Positions 25,646 through 38,800 of a stretch of DNA of 64,000 nt are shown piece after piece. The first letter of the stretch is position 1. Each line of letters starts with the position of its first letter. The notes beneath the pieces were generated by a model. That model was not told where the DNA came from. It worked only from the letters and a program-made list of their open reading frames with translations, and searched no databases. The DNA is from Paraphysomonas bandaiensis (taxonomy: Eukaryota; Protista; Chrysophyceae), in assembly GCA_965644295.1 (NCBI GenBank), contig CBFFRP010000399.1:62001-126000 (forward strand), read 5' to 3'. Position numbers and translations under genes: made by a program.

Positions 25646-27023
25646 CATACATACATACATACATACATACATACATACATACATACATACATACATACAT
25701 ACATACATACATACATACATACATACATACATACATACATACATACATACATACATACATACATACATACATACATACATACATACATACATACATACAT
25801 ACATACATACATACATACATACATACATACATACATACATACATACATACATACATACATACATACATACATACATACATACATACATACATACATACAT
25901 ACATACATACATACATACATACATACATACATACATACATACATACATACATACATACATACATACATACATACATACATACATACATACATACATACAT
26001 ACATACATACATACATACATACATACATACATACATACATACATACATACATACATACATACATACATACATACATACATACATACATACATACATACAT
26101 ACATACATACATACATACATACATACATACATACATACATACATACATACATACATACATACATACATACATACATACATACATACATACATACATACAT
26201 ACATACATACATACATACATACATACATACATACATACATACATACATACATACATACATACATACATACATACATACATACATACATACATACATACAT
26301 ACATACATACATACATACATACATACATACATACATACATACATACATACATACATACATACATACATACATACATACATACATACATACATACATACAT
26401 ACATACATACATACATACATACATACATACATACATACATACATACATACATACATACATACATACATACATACATACATACATACATACATACATACAT
26501 ACATACATACATACATACATACATACATACATACATACATACATACATACATACATACATACATACATACATACATACATACATACATACATACATACAT
26601 ACATACATACATACATACATACATACATACATACATACATACATACATACATACATACATACATACATACATACATACATACATACATACATACATACAT
26701 ACATACATACATACATACATACATACATACATACATACATACATACATACATACATACATACATACATACATACATACATACATACATACATACATACAT
26801 ACATACATACATACATACATACATACATACATACATACATACATACATACATACATACATACATACATACATACATACATACATACATACATACATACAT
26901 ACATACATACATACATACATACATACATACATACATACATACATACATACATACATACATACATACATACATACATACATACATACATACATACATACAT
27001 ACATACATACATACATACATACA
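25358..27023. repeat. (CATA)n tetranucleotide microsatellite, ~1,666 bp, ~416 units
   Basis: Nearly perfect array with only two variant bases seen (~25369 and ~25642). Confidence 0.99.
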
Positions 27024-27212
27024 GCCATTTAGTTCTCAATTTCTTATCATTCTAAATGCAAACATGTCGTGACTGCCCACCTCGTGTGACTTCTTCTTGC
27101 ACAATCTGGAGTGATATGAATAGGAAGTGTGTATTACCTGCAGGATACATGTATCGTATGTAATATAGCTTCAGTTGTGTATATATCTATAGCACACACT
27201 GTACGGTTAGAT

Positions 27213-28193
27213 ATGATAGCATCATTAACACTATTAGTTACTGTATTAATGGTATCTCCCATTCGACCAATACTTAATCATGAGTGTCATGACATTGACA
27301 GAGAATATATGATGAGCTGGACAGCTGAGAATTATCATATATTACTATCACCACTATCAGCGCCGTGTCACTCCTCAGAGCATAATAAGAGTAAAGTACT
27401 GGTCATTATTCCTGGTACTGGATTTCAAGATGATCGTGAAAAAATTGTTTTAAATAACCTGAAGATTATTAGAAAGTCGACCCCGTGTGTGGAGATTAAG
27501 TGTGTATTGTATGCATACAAGACACCACTCTCCCATATTGAAGACGAAATCAAACGAACCTGTGAAGTGCATACTTATTTTCATGTCAACTACGCCCACT
27601 ATCTAAAATCTGTGTTACCGAGCCTGGTTTTCCAGGCAAAGTTCACCCACGTGTTGTTGCTACTGGATGATGCCCAGCTTCCTCATGGATACCGCCTCCA
27701 GGGATTAGTTGACATTATGTCTTGTAACGAACTCTCAGTAGTATCGCCAACAGTAGTAGGTGCTATATATGCATCCACCTCTTGCCCATTTTGTTGCCCA
27801 CGGTTGCGTTCCACTAAGTCTCGTTCTTCACCTCCTCTGTCGTCGTCGCCCGGGCATAGGGCAAAAGTGGTGGAGATGTTTGCAACGCTTTTTACAACTG
27901 AGGCCTGGCACTGCTGGTGGGAACTATTACAACCGGGACTGAATTCCATAGGGTGGGCCTACGACAAATTTCTTCATACCCATTGCAGCACTGTCATACC
28001 AGGGTTTCAGATGGGGATAATTGACTCCAGCGTCGTATTACACACAAGCGACCGCATAGACTACAAGCTACCGTACAGTAACAAATCATCTATGCCGTGG
28101 CACGACAGAGACCTTTGGATGGCGGCAGCTGGATGGACTACTGAGAGAGAGGCTGATGTGGAACACTTTGGAGACCCTTTAGTTTGGCCATGA
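27213..28193 (+). CDS. DUF707-like (glycosyltransferase-fold-related) secretory-pathway protein
   Basis: Signal/anchor MIASLTLLVTVLMV and an LLLDD motif. The segment VEMFATLFTTEAWHCWWELLQPGLNSIGWAYD...MGIIDSSVVLH resembles the DUF707 core (VE..APVFS..AW.C.W...Q......GWG.D...G..D....H). Confidence 0.75.
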   Translation: MIASLTLLVTVLMVSPIRPILNHECHDIDREYMMSWTAENYHILLSPLSAPCHSSEHNKSKVLVIIPGTGFQDDREKIVLNNLKIIRKSTPCVEIKCVLYAYKTPLSHIEDEIKRTCEVHTYFHVNYAHYLKSVLPSLVFQAKFTHVLLLLDDAQLPHGYRLQGLVDIMSCNELSVVSPTVVGAIYASTSCPFCCPRLRSTKSRSSPPLSSSPGHRAKVVEMFATLFTTEAWHCWWELLQPGLNSIGWAYDKFLHTHCSTVIPGFQMGIIDSSVVLHTSDRIDYKLPYSNKSSMPWHDRDLWMAAAGWTTEREADVEHFGDPLVWP

Positions 28194-29809
28194 CATGTCC
28201 TGGAATGAGATTGCCCTGATGTGATGGTCATGTTAGAAATAGTAGTACTGCTCACTGCCTACGCATTTCAAAACACGCAAGTTGCCTTCTGTTGTACGCC
28301 TGGCAAATACTTTAAAAACCCTGACCTTTTTTAAACGGTCGAAATTATGTATATTGTTTTGTGTAATTACGGTTATTCGAGTACGTATTCATGTGATATA
28401 TACATCAAACATGTACAATGATAGAGTGTGCATGGATTAATATATTATATAATGTGCACGCCACTCCATAGTCATGTCACATAATAACTAGCTCTGAGTT
28501 ACACATCTATACTGTCATATCTTTGAAAGAAATGTGGCTAGTAGAGATTATATGTTTCGGGCTGATAAGACTGCACCCATAGGTTACACTTGAACTCTAT
28601 ATTGAACAGCAAAGACTCTCCAAGAAAAATTTCTAGAAAGCATACGCATGGCAGTTGAAGCGGGCAGCGTCACCGGAGCGCAATGGTAAGAGAGCCTTCA
28701 CACTCACGATGACATCCCCACATGGACTCCAATGCCTACAGTCTCACATCGCTGGCATTCAAGAGGACGCATTTCACATGAATCAGACAATATTTGGACA
28801 ATAATCCGGAAAATAGAGCCTCGCACCCATGGATCAATTACTGTAATTGAAAATTTTTCAAGAACTCAATTAGAGTGCGTATATTAGTTGCTAAGAATAT
28901 CAATGTTTGACATTATATGAGAAGTATTAACTTTACAACAGATGGTAAATATATACTCAATTCTGAGAATATAAATTATAATCAATATCTCTTATCATTC
29001 ACCAGCTTCATGTTGTCTCTACCACCACTCATTTCTCGTACGATCTTACTTCGTCACTACAACTTACATCGTCACTGTATTCCGTTTCACCACCATATAC
29101 TTATCGTTATTCATTCTCGCAGTACGATTAACAAGGCTACAACTGTATACTACTGTAATTTAAATGCCTTATAACTACAGCTTTCAATTGCTCTCATATA
29201 GCAGAACTAAACAAAGAATCTTCTCTACACACTTCATCTGATTTAACTTTCAAGTGACTAAAGCTCTTCTCACAAGTAACACAAATACTGAAAATCATTT
29301 CAGTCCTCATATGTCTGACATATCGAACAGTTCATAGCATATTTTCTTTAGTTCTGTAACTGATTTATAATCTGTGCATGCGCAAGTACGACATCACCTG
29401 CATTACTCAAAATTTAACGGGGTCAACTCTATGACATGATAATCAGCACAGTTGAAGTTGAGGGTGTTCAAAACAACACAGGGCACTGTAGATTGATCCG
29501 TAATATCGCTATTCAAAAGTCTGCCAAACATTTGTTCCGCCTCGGATATTCCTACAGAGAAGGCTTGATCATATTAATGTATCATCGACACTCGACACAA
29601 GTATAACGGTAGTTGCGCACCATGGTTATTAGATTATAACCAAAGTGATCAACAAATTCCTTAAAACGAAAAAATTAGTATATGAGTGTATATTATTAGA
29701 CTTCTCCCAAACGCATAGCCTTACAGAAAGACCACTTTACAGAGAATATAACTCGACATTTTATAGCTATAAATACCACAGCATCATTGATAAACCACAA
29801 CCTTTCCAA

Positions 29810-32800
29810 TTATAACTTTGAGTCATCTTTATCATCAAAATTGAAGCTCCCGCCGCTGCTTTTGGTCTCGAATGTACTCTTCTTTTTCAGCTTCTTCTGG
29901 GTTTGAATTTGTGCTGTGGTGCCGAAAGAACTCATTCGTTGCATTTGGTCCCGCTTTTTCAAATCCGCAATTTGTTTCATGAGCATCTCATTCTCGTCTT
30001 GAAGGGCCGCCATCTCCATCGCCTTCCTGGTCTTAACTTCATCCGTCTCAGATGAACCCTGCATCATTGGATTTTCGTTGCTGTCCATTTTTCGTAACTC
30101 AAGTTGAGCTACTCCTGCTTCGGATTTCGATTTCTTGTACTCCTTGCTCATGAACATTTCAAACATCCCAGTCGTGTCGTAACCGAGTGTCGTCATAACC
30201 TCAGAAACAAACACCACGCCGAAGTAAAGGATAGACGACGCAATGACAAGCATAACCAAAAACGTCAACAATAAAAGATGGTAACGTAGAGTGTTTCCTG
30301 TCGAGTAGCTGTCGCTCTCAAACATGATGCCAGATATACAAACAAATATGGCACACCCAAGTAGATATAACTCTACATTGTTGAAGTCCCAAAAGAAATT
30401 TTTTAAGTCTTCAGTTGTAACTGAATTCAGAGTCTTCGCACCACTGCGTTGTCCCTCAAGTCGCTTCATTAGTACCTCGTCCTTCTTCTCCACAGTGTCC
30501 ATGATGCGCTGGATCTTTAGATGCATCGTCATTGTCGCATCCATTTTTTCTCCATTTTCTTGTGCCTTCAAGGCCTCGTCGACCTTAGCACGATGTCGTT
30601 CGAGCTCACCTTCACGCTCCACGGTACTCATAAATGGGCGGTGCTGAACCTGTAAGATGTAACATACGAATATAACCAACAAAATAAATGACATCTGAAA
30701 GGTGGGATTGCTTCGGAACAGAAGGGCTACGATATAGTGTTAAATAAATTAATACGCTTGATGATCACACTTACCAGCAACTGCTATCCAAAACTTTCTG
30801 ATGAGGACATATATCATCCAGTACACTTTCCCGGGCTTGAAGTGGTAATACAGCTTATGAAACTTCTTTCTAATATCATAAGCTAATGGGTTAGTGCTTC
30901 TGGTATCACCAGTGCCAGCAGCTCGAAGTAACTGGTCCTCTTTTATAAGTTCCTTATGATGCATAATAATATACGTGACATATATGGGGTATCCTATTGC
31001 ATAAACCAGTAAACTGAGAGCGGCAAAAGGAAGCAGCTGCATTTGAGGATCAGAGGGCTTCTCCCAACAGCGGCAGACTCCAGCTGGACAATTGATAGAT
31101 GTCCACTCCGTATAAAGGTGGCCATCGTCAGGATCAGCAGGATTACAGTTCACAATCTCAAGAGCTTTGCGCAGCAAGGGGAGGTAAAGGTAATACAACA
31201 TGATAACGAACATGGCCATCAACTGATTGCCGTGTTTCGTGAGAGCTGTCCAGCCTCTTTTATTGCGCCAAACGTACTTGTGAACAGCCTTAAGAAGAAA
31301 CATCATAAACAACACAACGCCCCCCATAATCGGCAGGAACATAGTGCCAAACCATTTAGTTTCGTATGAAACATCAGGGAAAGCGCACTCGGGAGCAGTA
31401 ATATTGATATCGAATGAAAAAAACAGAGATATTGAAAACATCTTGATGACAAGAGGAGGCCAAACAATATCAGATGAAGCAAACACAGCCAACACCTACC
31501 AACATCATAGAAAGCGACGTAATAAACACCCAGTAAATACAATATAAACTTGGAACATACCTGAAAGTAATCGAAACCAATGGCAACGAAGGCCAGATTA
31601 AACTTGTATTTGTTAAGGTAGTAGGCACCAACAACAAACGTGAGTAGGGCAGTTGCAAACAAAACAATTAACACCAACACATTTTCCGGACACTTTACAC
31701 ACTTTCCTCCAATGCGATAATACTCCTTGACCTTGCAGAGTGAGCACTTCGGCGCTGCAGTACATGTACACGTTCCCGGCTCACTGCTGCCGGGGACCCT
31801 ATTACAGAACGAACATTTCTCGGGTTGATCCCATTGACATATATCATCGCCCTTGTTGCAGTCATGGTCCGTGTAGCAAGTGTTGTTATTGTACTTGTGT
31901 GCATTCTTTGACCGCTCGTCAATACAGTCCTCTAGCACATAACTGTACGCTTCTTCACAAGTATTACTTCCTGTGCACGCCTCAGGCGGGAAGCAGCCCT
32001 CGTACACTGGACACTTTTCACGATTACTTTGTGGGGGGCGCCTGGCCTTGCTGCACTGCTCGGCTGCATCCTGGCTGTCGACGTCGTAGTACGTGAGCCA
32101 AAAGGCTTCGTCTGATACAGGGTCTACTTCGTACTCCTCCGGCTTGCACAGGGCTCCAACTGGGCATTCGATGCAATGCTCCTCATAATACCTTAAGCCG
32201 TAGTAAATTGTCTGCTGATTTGACGAATCATAGCTAGCCTTGCACGTACTAATAAATAGGGAATTGTCCACAATGCGGCGAACAGGTACTTCCACAGTTT
32301 GATCTGCAACATGAATTGTCATGTTCTTTGCCCCAACTATATCAGCAGGCATGTCACACGTCAAATAGGGGAATCCATTTCCGACACTAAAAGATCCGTC
32401 GTTCCACTTCGCATTGGCACACTCCAGCTGAGTATAGTATCCAGCAGTATCCTTTCCAGTAAAATTGATGCTGACCCACGATGCAGTTCCACCTAGGTTT
32501 TCTCCCTGTATCGTGAGGCTGTCACCCATGGCATCCATGTAGCCATATCCCTGACTATTAGATCCAGGACTAGATACTGTGATTTCTGGAGGGTAAAATG
32601 AGTACGTCAGTGTTTCGCTGGAGTTATCCCTTCTCCCATCAACATACAATTCGACAGATAAATTTCTTCCGTAAGCTTGAGGAGCCCAGAATACAATCTC
32701 TCTGTCCGACTGATAACAAACATTCTCTTGGGTGGATGAGTCCAATGCACAGTCAAAGCAATTCCAGGAACTCGAAATTACGTTGCCAGAACTGTCGGTC

Positions 32801-35800
32801 TCGCAGATTAGGTTGTCAACAACGATTTTCATTGCGGTTTTCCCAAAAGAATAACCAGAGAGCGTGATGTACTGTTTATCCGTACACACCCGATCGGCAC
32901 TGGGATTTGTATCAAGTCTCGAAATATAATTTTGTAGACTCTCCCATTGATTACATGCATCTGTGTCCCCAATGGTAGGAGTTAGTTCCACTGCCAGAGG
33001 GGGGTCATAGTCAAAATAAACAGTGTTGGATGTCTGATCTTCCACCGTTATTGTTATCGGCACATCTACTCCCTGTCCTGCAGGGACAAACAACTCGCAG
33101 GTCGTGTGCGTGGTATTCAGATCATCGTCACTAATGACAGTGTTGCCAAAGGTAACGTATCTATACGCAATCGGCGAGCCAAAATCACTTCCACTTAGCA
33201 CAATCTGAATCTTCTCATTTTCTTTTGTTAGGCCACTAGTTGGAGCATGATCAATGCTGATAGAGGTGATGGTGGGTGCGAAGTAGTCTATCCCGATAAC
33301 GGTATCGACCTGATCCCCAGCTGTTACAACAAGCGATCTGTTCTTGCCACCTGCTGCTTCAGATGTAGTTATCACAATTGTTGTGTGGTTCCAAGCAGTG
33401 AGTTCTTCTCTCGCGCCGTCAAGCTCAACATAACCAGTATAGATATTACTATCCACGCCCTGAAGTATTACTTCTGTGTCTGATGAACTCTGCAACAGGC
33501 GATTCTGATACTCGTCGTCACTCTGACGTGACAGTCCTGCAGAGTTCAACAAGAAAATGTGCCTGTCAAATTTCTTGCCACGGGACAAGGAAGAGTATTC
33601 GACGTCTGATGCATAAGAGGACGTTGTAGAAGTGAAAGATGTTGCTCTACCGAAATTCAATCCAGAAAGAACCAAGTTTTCATTACCCTCGGTGTGTAAC
33701 ATCATTTTGGAAACGACTGCAACGTCAGGGGGGTAATAGTGAACAAGAAAGGGGCTCCCATTACTTGTTACAGTAACAGGTTCGTGGTTTGCAACCTGAA
33801 CAGACAACTGAAGGTTTCGACCAACCCCCTCACCCAAAGCCACAGTGATATTGAATGGCGAGTGCGCGTCGGTGTCCTCCACGAGGACTGTGTCGGCAAC
33901 TTTGACTACGACGCCTCCTGGAAGCCCAAAGTTGCTACCATAGAAGACAAGAGATTCGATTCCTGTAGTCATGGAATATACAGGGAAGCTAGAACCCGAC
34001 AAACGGCGAGACTGAGAGGGCACGGTAAATGAGTCTATAACGGGAGGATCGAACGACACACAAGCGTCGCAATCATCCCCAACAATATAATCAGACATTA
34101 ACTTCGACCCTTCTCCACCCTTCCGAACAATGATCGCAACATTTTTGCCTTGTCCAGGGGGAATAGTACACGACAACGTACTCTCATCGTCATCATTCGT
34201 CGCACTTACAACAACGAGGTCTAGACACTTAACATAGTCCATGTAGCCCTCTAGATAAAGCAGAACGTCTACGCCATCAGGGCGAGCCCCAACCGTAGTC
34301 AGTGATCCAAAATACATACCAGTGACTGTCACCTCGAATCCGCCCGTCGTGGGATACTTCTCTCCCTCAGGAAACGGGGATGTGATATCAAGAGGGGTAT
34401 AGATCACAGGGCTCTTCTCTTTAAACAGAAATTTTTCGCTCCGCTGATATAACCCAGTTGTTAGATCAAATGTCGCAACCACGACGGTTCCATTCGTTCC
34501 TGCAGTCAGGCAGTTGATATTGTTGTGGCTCCAGAAGTTACCCAGATCGGTATTTATACCACAGATTTTGACTTGAGTCGAATCCCCCTCAAAGTTACTC
34601 AGGTCGAAGTTTGCATAAATATCAGAGAGTACATAATCGATGTAGTCGTACGTACAGTTGTAAGGAAAGATCCATACTGTATTCACAAATTCGTAATAGT
34701 CAAAGTATGTTACAGATGTATCAGCCCCAAATGATCCACCATCCTCACTTGGTACAGATGATCTAACAACACCGTACAGAGTCAAATTGGAAAATCCACT
34801 GACATAACTATCCGTGAATATCAGACGATCCACTTGAGGAGCACGATACGAGAAGTTAAACGGCAGTGAGTATTGCTGGCAATCGTCATCACACCAAGAC
34901 GAATAATGACCAACCATAATTGTTTTTCCGATGCCTTGCCCCGTAGGAACGATGAACTCCATCTCCTCGTGGCTCAAATAAGTGAGTGGATAGCTGGAGT
35001 ATGAAGTGCCCCAGAATGACAACACAGCACCTGACGATGGACCAAAGTTCGATCCAAATATTTTGATTGTATACCCACCTTGCGAAGTGCCATTGAGCGG
35101 AGAAACAAATGAAATAACAGGACGCTTATAACTAAGTAAATAGTTGCTACCACTGGCGTCACTTGTTTTTTGCCCTGCTACTCGAATGGTTACAAAATGA
35201 TCTTTGCCAAATCCTGCAGGAACGAGGCATCGGAATGACTTGTGTGGAACCAAAAAATCGCAGTTATACTTTTTCGACTGCGGGTCGTATAGAAGGTACT
35301 CTCCACCAGTGGGACCAAATGACACTCTCTCGACAAAGGATAAATCCGGTCCAAAGTTATCTCCGATGATATCGATATACTGACCTCCTCTTGTGTCAAG
35401 ACCATCGGATATGTTGAATCCTACACCAGATACACTAGTCAAACTCGGCGGGGCGTAAGATGTTGTCGGTACAGTGTTAGTTTGGTTGTCGACCATGATG
35501 TTCCATTTCAACTCAGCACCAACACCAACTGATGTCAAACATACAAGGGTGATATGCGCCTCAACAACGGTGCAGTTTTGATATTCCCAGACGTAGGTAG
35601 CATCAGAGTCGCCAACGTAACGAGCAGTTGCTAATATCGGAGCATTATATGCACCCTCGTCATACGTAGGGCCGAAATTTCTCCCTTGGATCTCAACATA
35701 CTGGTTTCCTTCTGTAGAAAAGGAATAAACATCTTGCGGTATAGATGATGCAGAAGAACCATTATAAACTGCAAAGTCCACTAGAATGGGTTGGGCGTAG

Positions 35801-38800
35801 CTTGATGACGCACCGTACTCATTGGAATATTGACCACCCACTTGCAGCTGCCAACTGTGATTCCGACCAGTACCAGTGCCGACGATACATGTTATCTCTT
35901 CGTGTGCAGATGTAACAGAGCAACTACCTGAACGGGTATTAAATAGCATCCCTGTCGAAAACTGTAAGTCAGAACCATAGTACGCTTCAACACTTCCGTG
36001 TGGAGCAGTGGTAGAAATCGACGACGACACTGGACCAAACTGATCACCGACAATAATAATGGTATCACCTCCAGCAGTATCAGAGAAAGGCCACTGGTCG
36101 GGATTCATATAGCTGATCACAGGAGATTTGTAACTTGTCGACGATGATGCATAGCCTGATATCTGGCTTCCCACTTCCACACGCCATAAGTGGTTAAAAC
36201 CTGTTCCAGCAACGGGGTAACACGTCAACAAGTCGACTTGCTCGTACCGACACACGCCACTTTCGCGACAGTACCAATACCCAGTAGCGTCAGGGCCAGA
36301 CAATGAAACGGAAACGGTGCATGACGAAGAGTAGTATCCGTCAACATACTGATCGCTTGAGTTTACAGCACCGTACTTCGTTTTTCCAGCCCCGTAAGAG
36401 CTATACGCTGAATTGGTGCCAGAAAAGAGAGTACGTAAATACACCACATCTGGGGTGGACGAAGTGTACCCTCGAGTATCCAGTTGAAGAGATGGGTCAC
36501 TACCGTTCAGAGATAGGACAACTGGTTTGTGGTAATTCACCAAGAACGAAGTGTTAAGCATTTCATCACTTAGCTGTCCCGCAACGACGTATCGAGCACG
36601 ATAACCATTTCCAACACCGTCAGGAGTAATGCAATGGACAGAATCGGTGGTATTAAATGCACAGTCTGTTGCAAGAAGGGCGTAACCTCCTGATACGAAA
36701 GTTTCACTGGTGCCACCAGAGGAAGAGGTCTCATTAACAACTGTGGTAGAAACTTCAAAATTAGAATAGTACATCCTTGGCTTGCCAGAGACATAAGTAC
36801 GCCAGACAGTGTCAGAGCTACAAGATTTCACAAGCGAAGAAGATGCTGAGGTCGTTGATACTACCAGAGCCGCTGCAGGTACAAAAATGTCATCTATATT
36901 TTTCTCATAGTCCATAAACCGGCCGAGCTCATTCACATTGCTCCAGTCGCTATCAGACCTCTCAAAAGAGCATGGGCTTTTAGCAACATTAGTTGGATTA
37001 AAATTCGACTTATCCGTGGCCAACTTACTCTGTACAGTAACAGTAATAACACCAGCACTGGGACAAGTGTCGGATATCAGTGTAATAGTATCACCTGGAA
37101 CCGAAACATAAAAAGCTAATGCTGACCTACACTTGTGCATTCCCTCCTCCATAGGATCTTGTAAGTAGAATACAGAGCCATAGGACTGAGTTGTGGAGTA
37201 TCCAGCAAAGTGACGTGTCGATGACCCAACAGCAGAATCCTCTGTTCCAAATTGGCTTCCTTCAAGCCGAATAGTCTCTCCACCTGATGTACGATAATCT
37301 TCACCAACTAGGTCGTTATTTACGACAGCAGACAACAATGGACGATAGTATCTTGTCGTTATACCGCTAATAAAAGTTGAAACATACGAGTGCCCCGAAG
37401 ATGATACCTCCACTTTCCACACATGCGCAATGCCAACTCCAGCAACGGTCTTACAAGTTATCTCAACATTATCACCGGGGGTGACAACACAGTCTGTGGC
37501 AGTGTATTCCTCACCAGTCGGACCATATGTGACCACAACCGGTTCTGGAGAATTCTTAGACCCGAAATCCGATCCATGTATTACCACAATATTCCCACCT
37601 TCTGTCCACAATGGCGCATTCGACCGATTAAATACGTCGCGCTCGGTATTTTCTACGCTTGTGACCAACACATCATTGATATTATTGACATATATCACAA
37701 CAGAGGAAGTAGCATTGTACATTTCTATTGTATTAATTTCAGTGGCGGCAATGACGAGATCATATCGCGCTGTGGATTCGTAATCAACAGTAGCTCCAGA
37801 TGCCACAGCGATTACAAATTGAGCTGGAGACGACGACTGTAAAGTATGAATCTCAAAAATACCATTCTCATTTCCAGAAATAAAGGAGAACGCAAGGTCA
37901 TTACCCTCGACGTCTTCTGCAGTCAAAATCGTAGCGGAGGATATATCTGCAGCCTCAGTTCCTGCTGCACTATTTTCATCGAGATATAGTTCATAATCTG
38001 GCATCGTCGGCGCTTCATTTACATCCTGAACATTTACGGTCACATTGGCCACACGGGTCACACTACCATCGTATACATTCAACTGAATCTTTAACTGCGT
38101 TTCTGTTTCATAATCCAGCGCAGACAAAAGTCCTAGGTAACACAAAGTGTTGGCTCCAACATCCAAACTATCACGACCGTCAAACGTAAATTCCACTGAC
38201 AAGTCGTACTCCACAGTTCCTGAACCATACAATCCTGTGTTGGTTACTGATAGTAGCCATGAACCCTGTCCCGTCAAATTAGATGCTAACACATCAAAGG
38301 CAGTAGCATAGATTCCATGAGACGAAGAATCCCAGCTATCTGGCCACGACGACAGCTCTAGGCTGTTCCCACCAGGGTCAGAAATAGTAATAGCTATATT
38401 CGAAACGAGTGACTCAGCTGAGACTAGAGGGTCATACCCCACGGTCACATAGACAAACTCTAAAGGATTATCAGTGGTAATGTTAACGTCGTCTATGCTC
38501 ACTGTCTCTCCATTATTTAATTGGGCCACAACGCCGCCACTCCAGTTTCCAGAATTCACCTCGTGAGCAGAGAATATATCAGATTCATCCCCGAATGTTG
38601 TACACGTTAATGCATCCATATCTTCGTCTGAAAAAGTCATTGAGGTCTCGCTTCGAAGAGTTCCAACATTCTGGTCCTCAGGGATGGAAAACACATATGA
38701 TCGTACCACCGGGTTGTCGTTCAGATCTTGAACCGACACTGTTACTATCGCGCTGTCCGCCTGTGAATATTTGGCGGTATCAGCTGCAACAACAGAAATT

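Noticed and set aside
25358-27023. Telomere or CRISPR interpretation of the array
   Set aside because: It is internal, has a 4-nt unit with no G-run telomeric motif, and has no spacers.
25229-27072. Six 572-605 aa ORFs (YIHT/MYVC repeats)
   Set aside because: They are translations of the (CATA)n array, which has no stop codon in any frame.
28640-28890. GC-richer intergenic patch that might be a gene or transposon relic
   Set aside because: No recognisable translation and no second copy in the window, so it cannot be supported.
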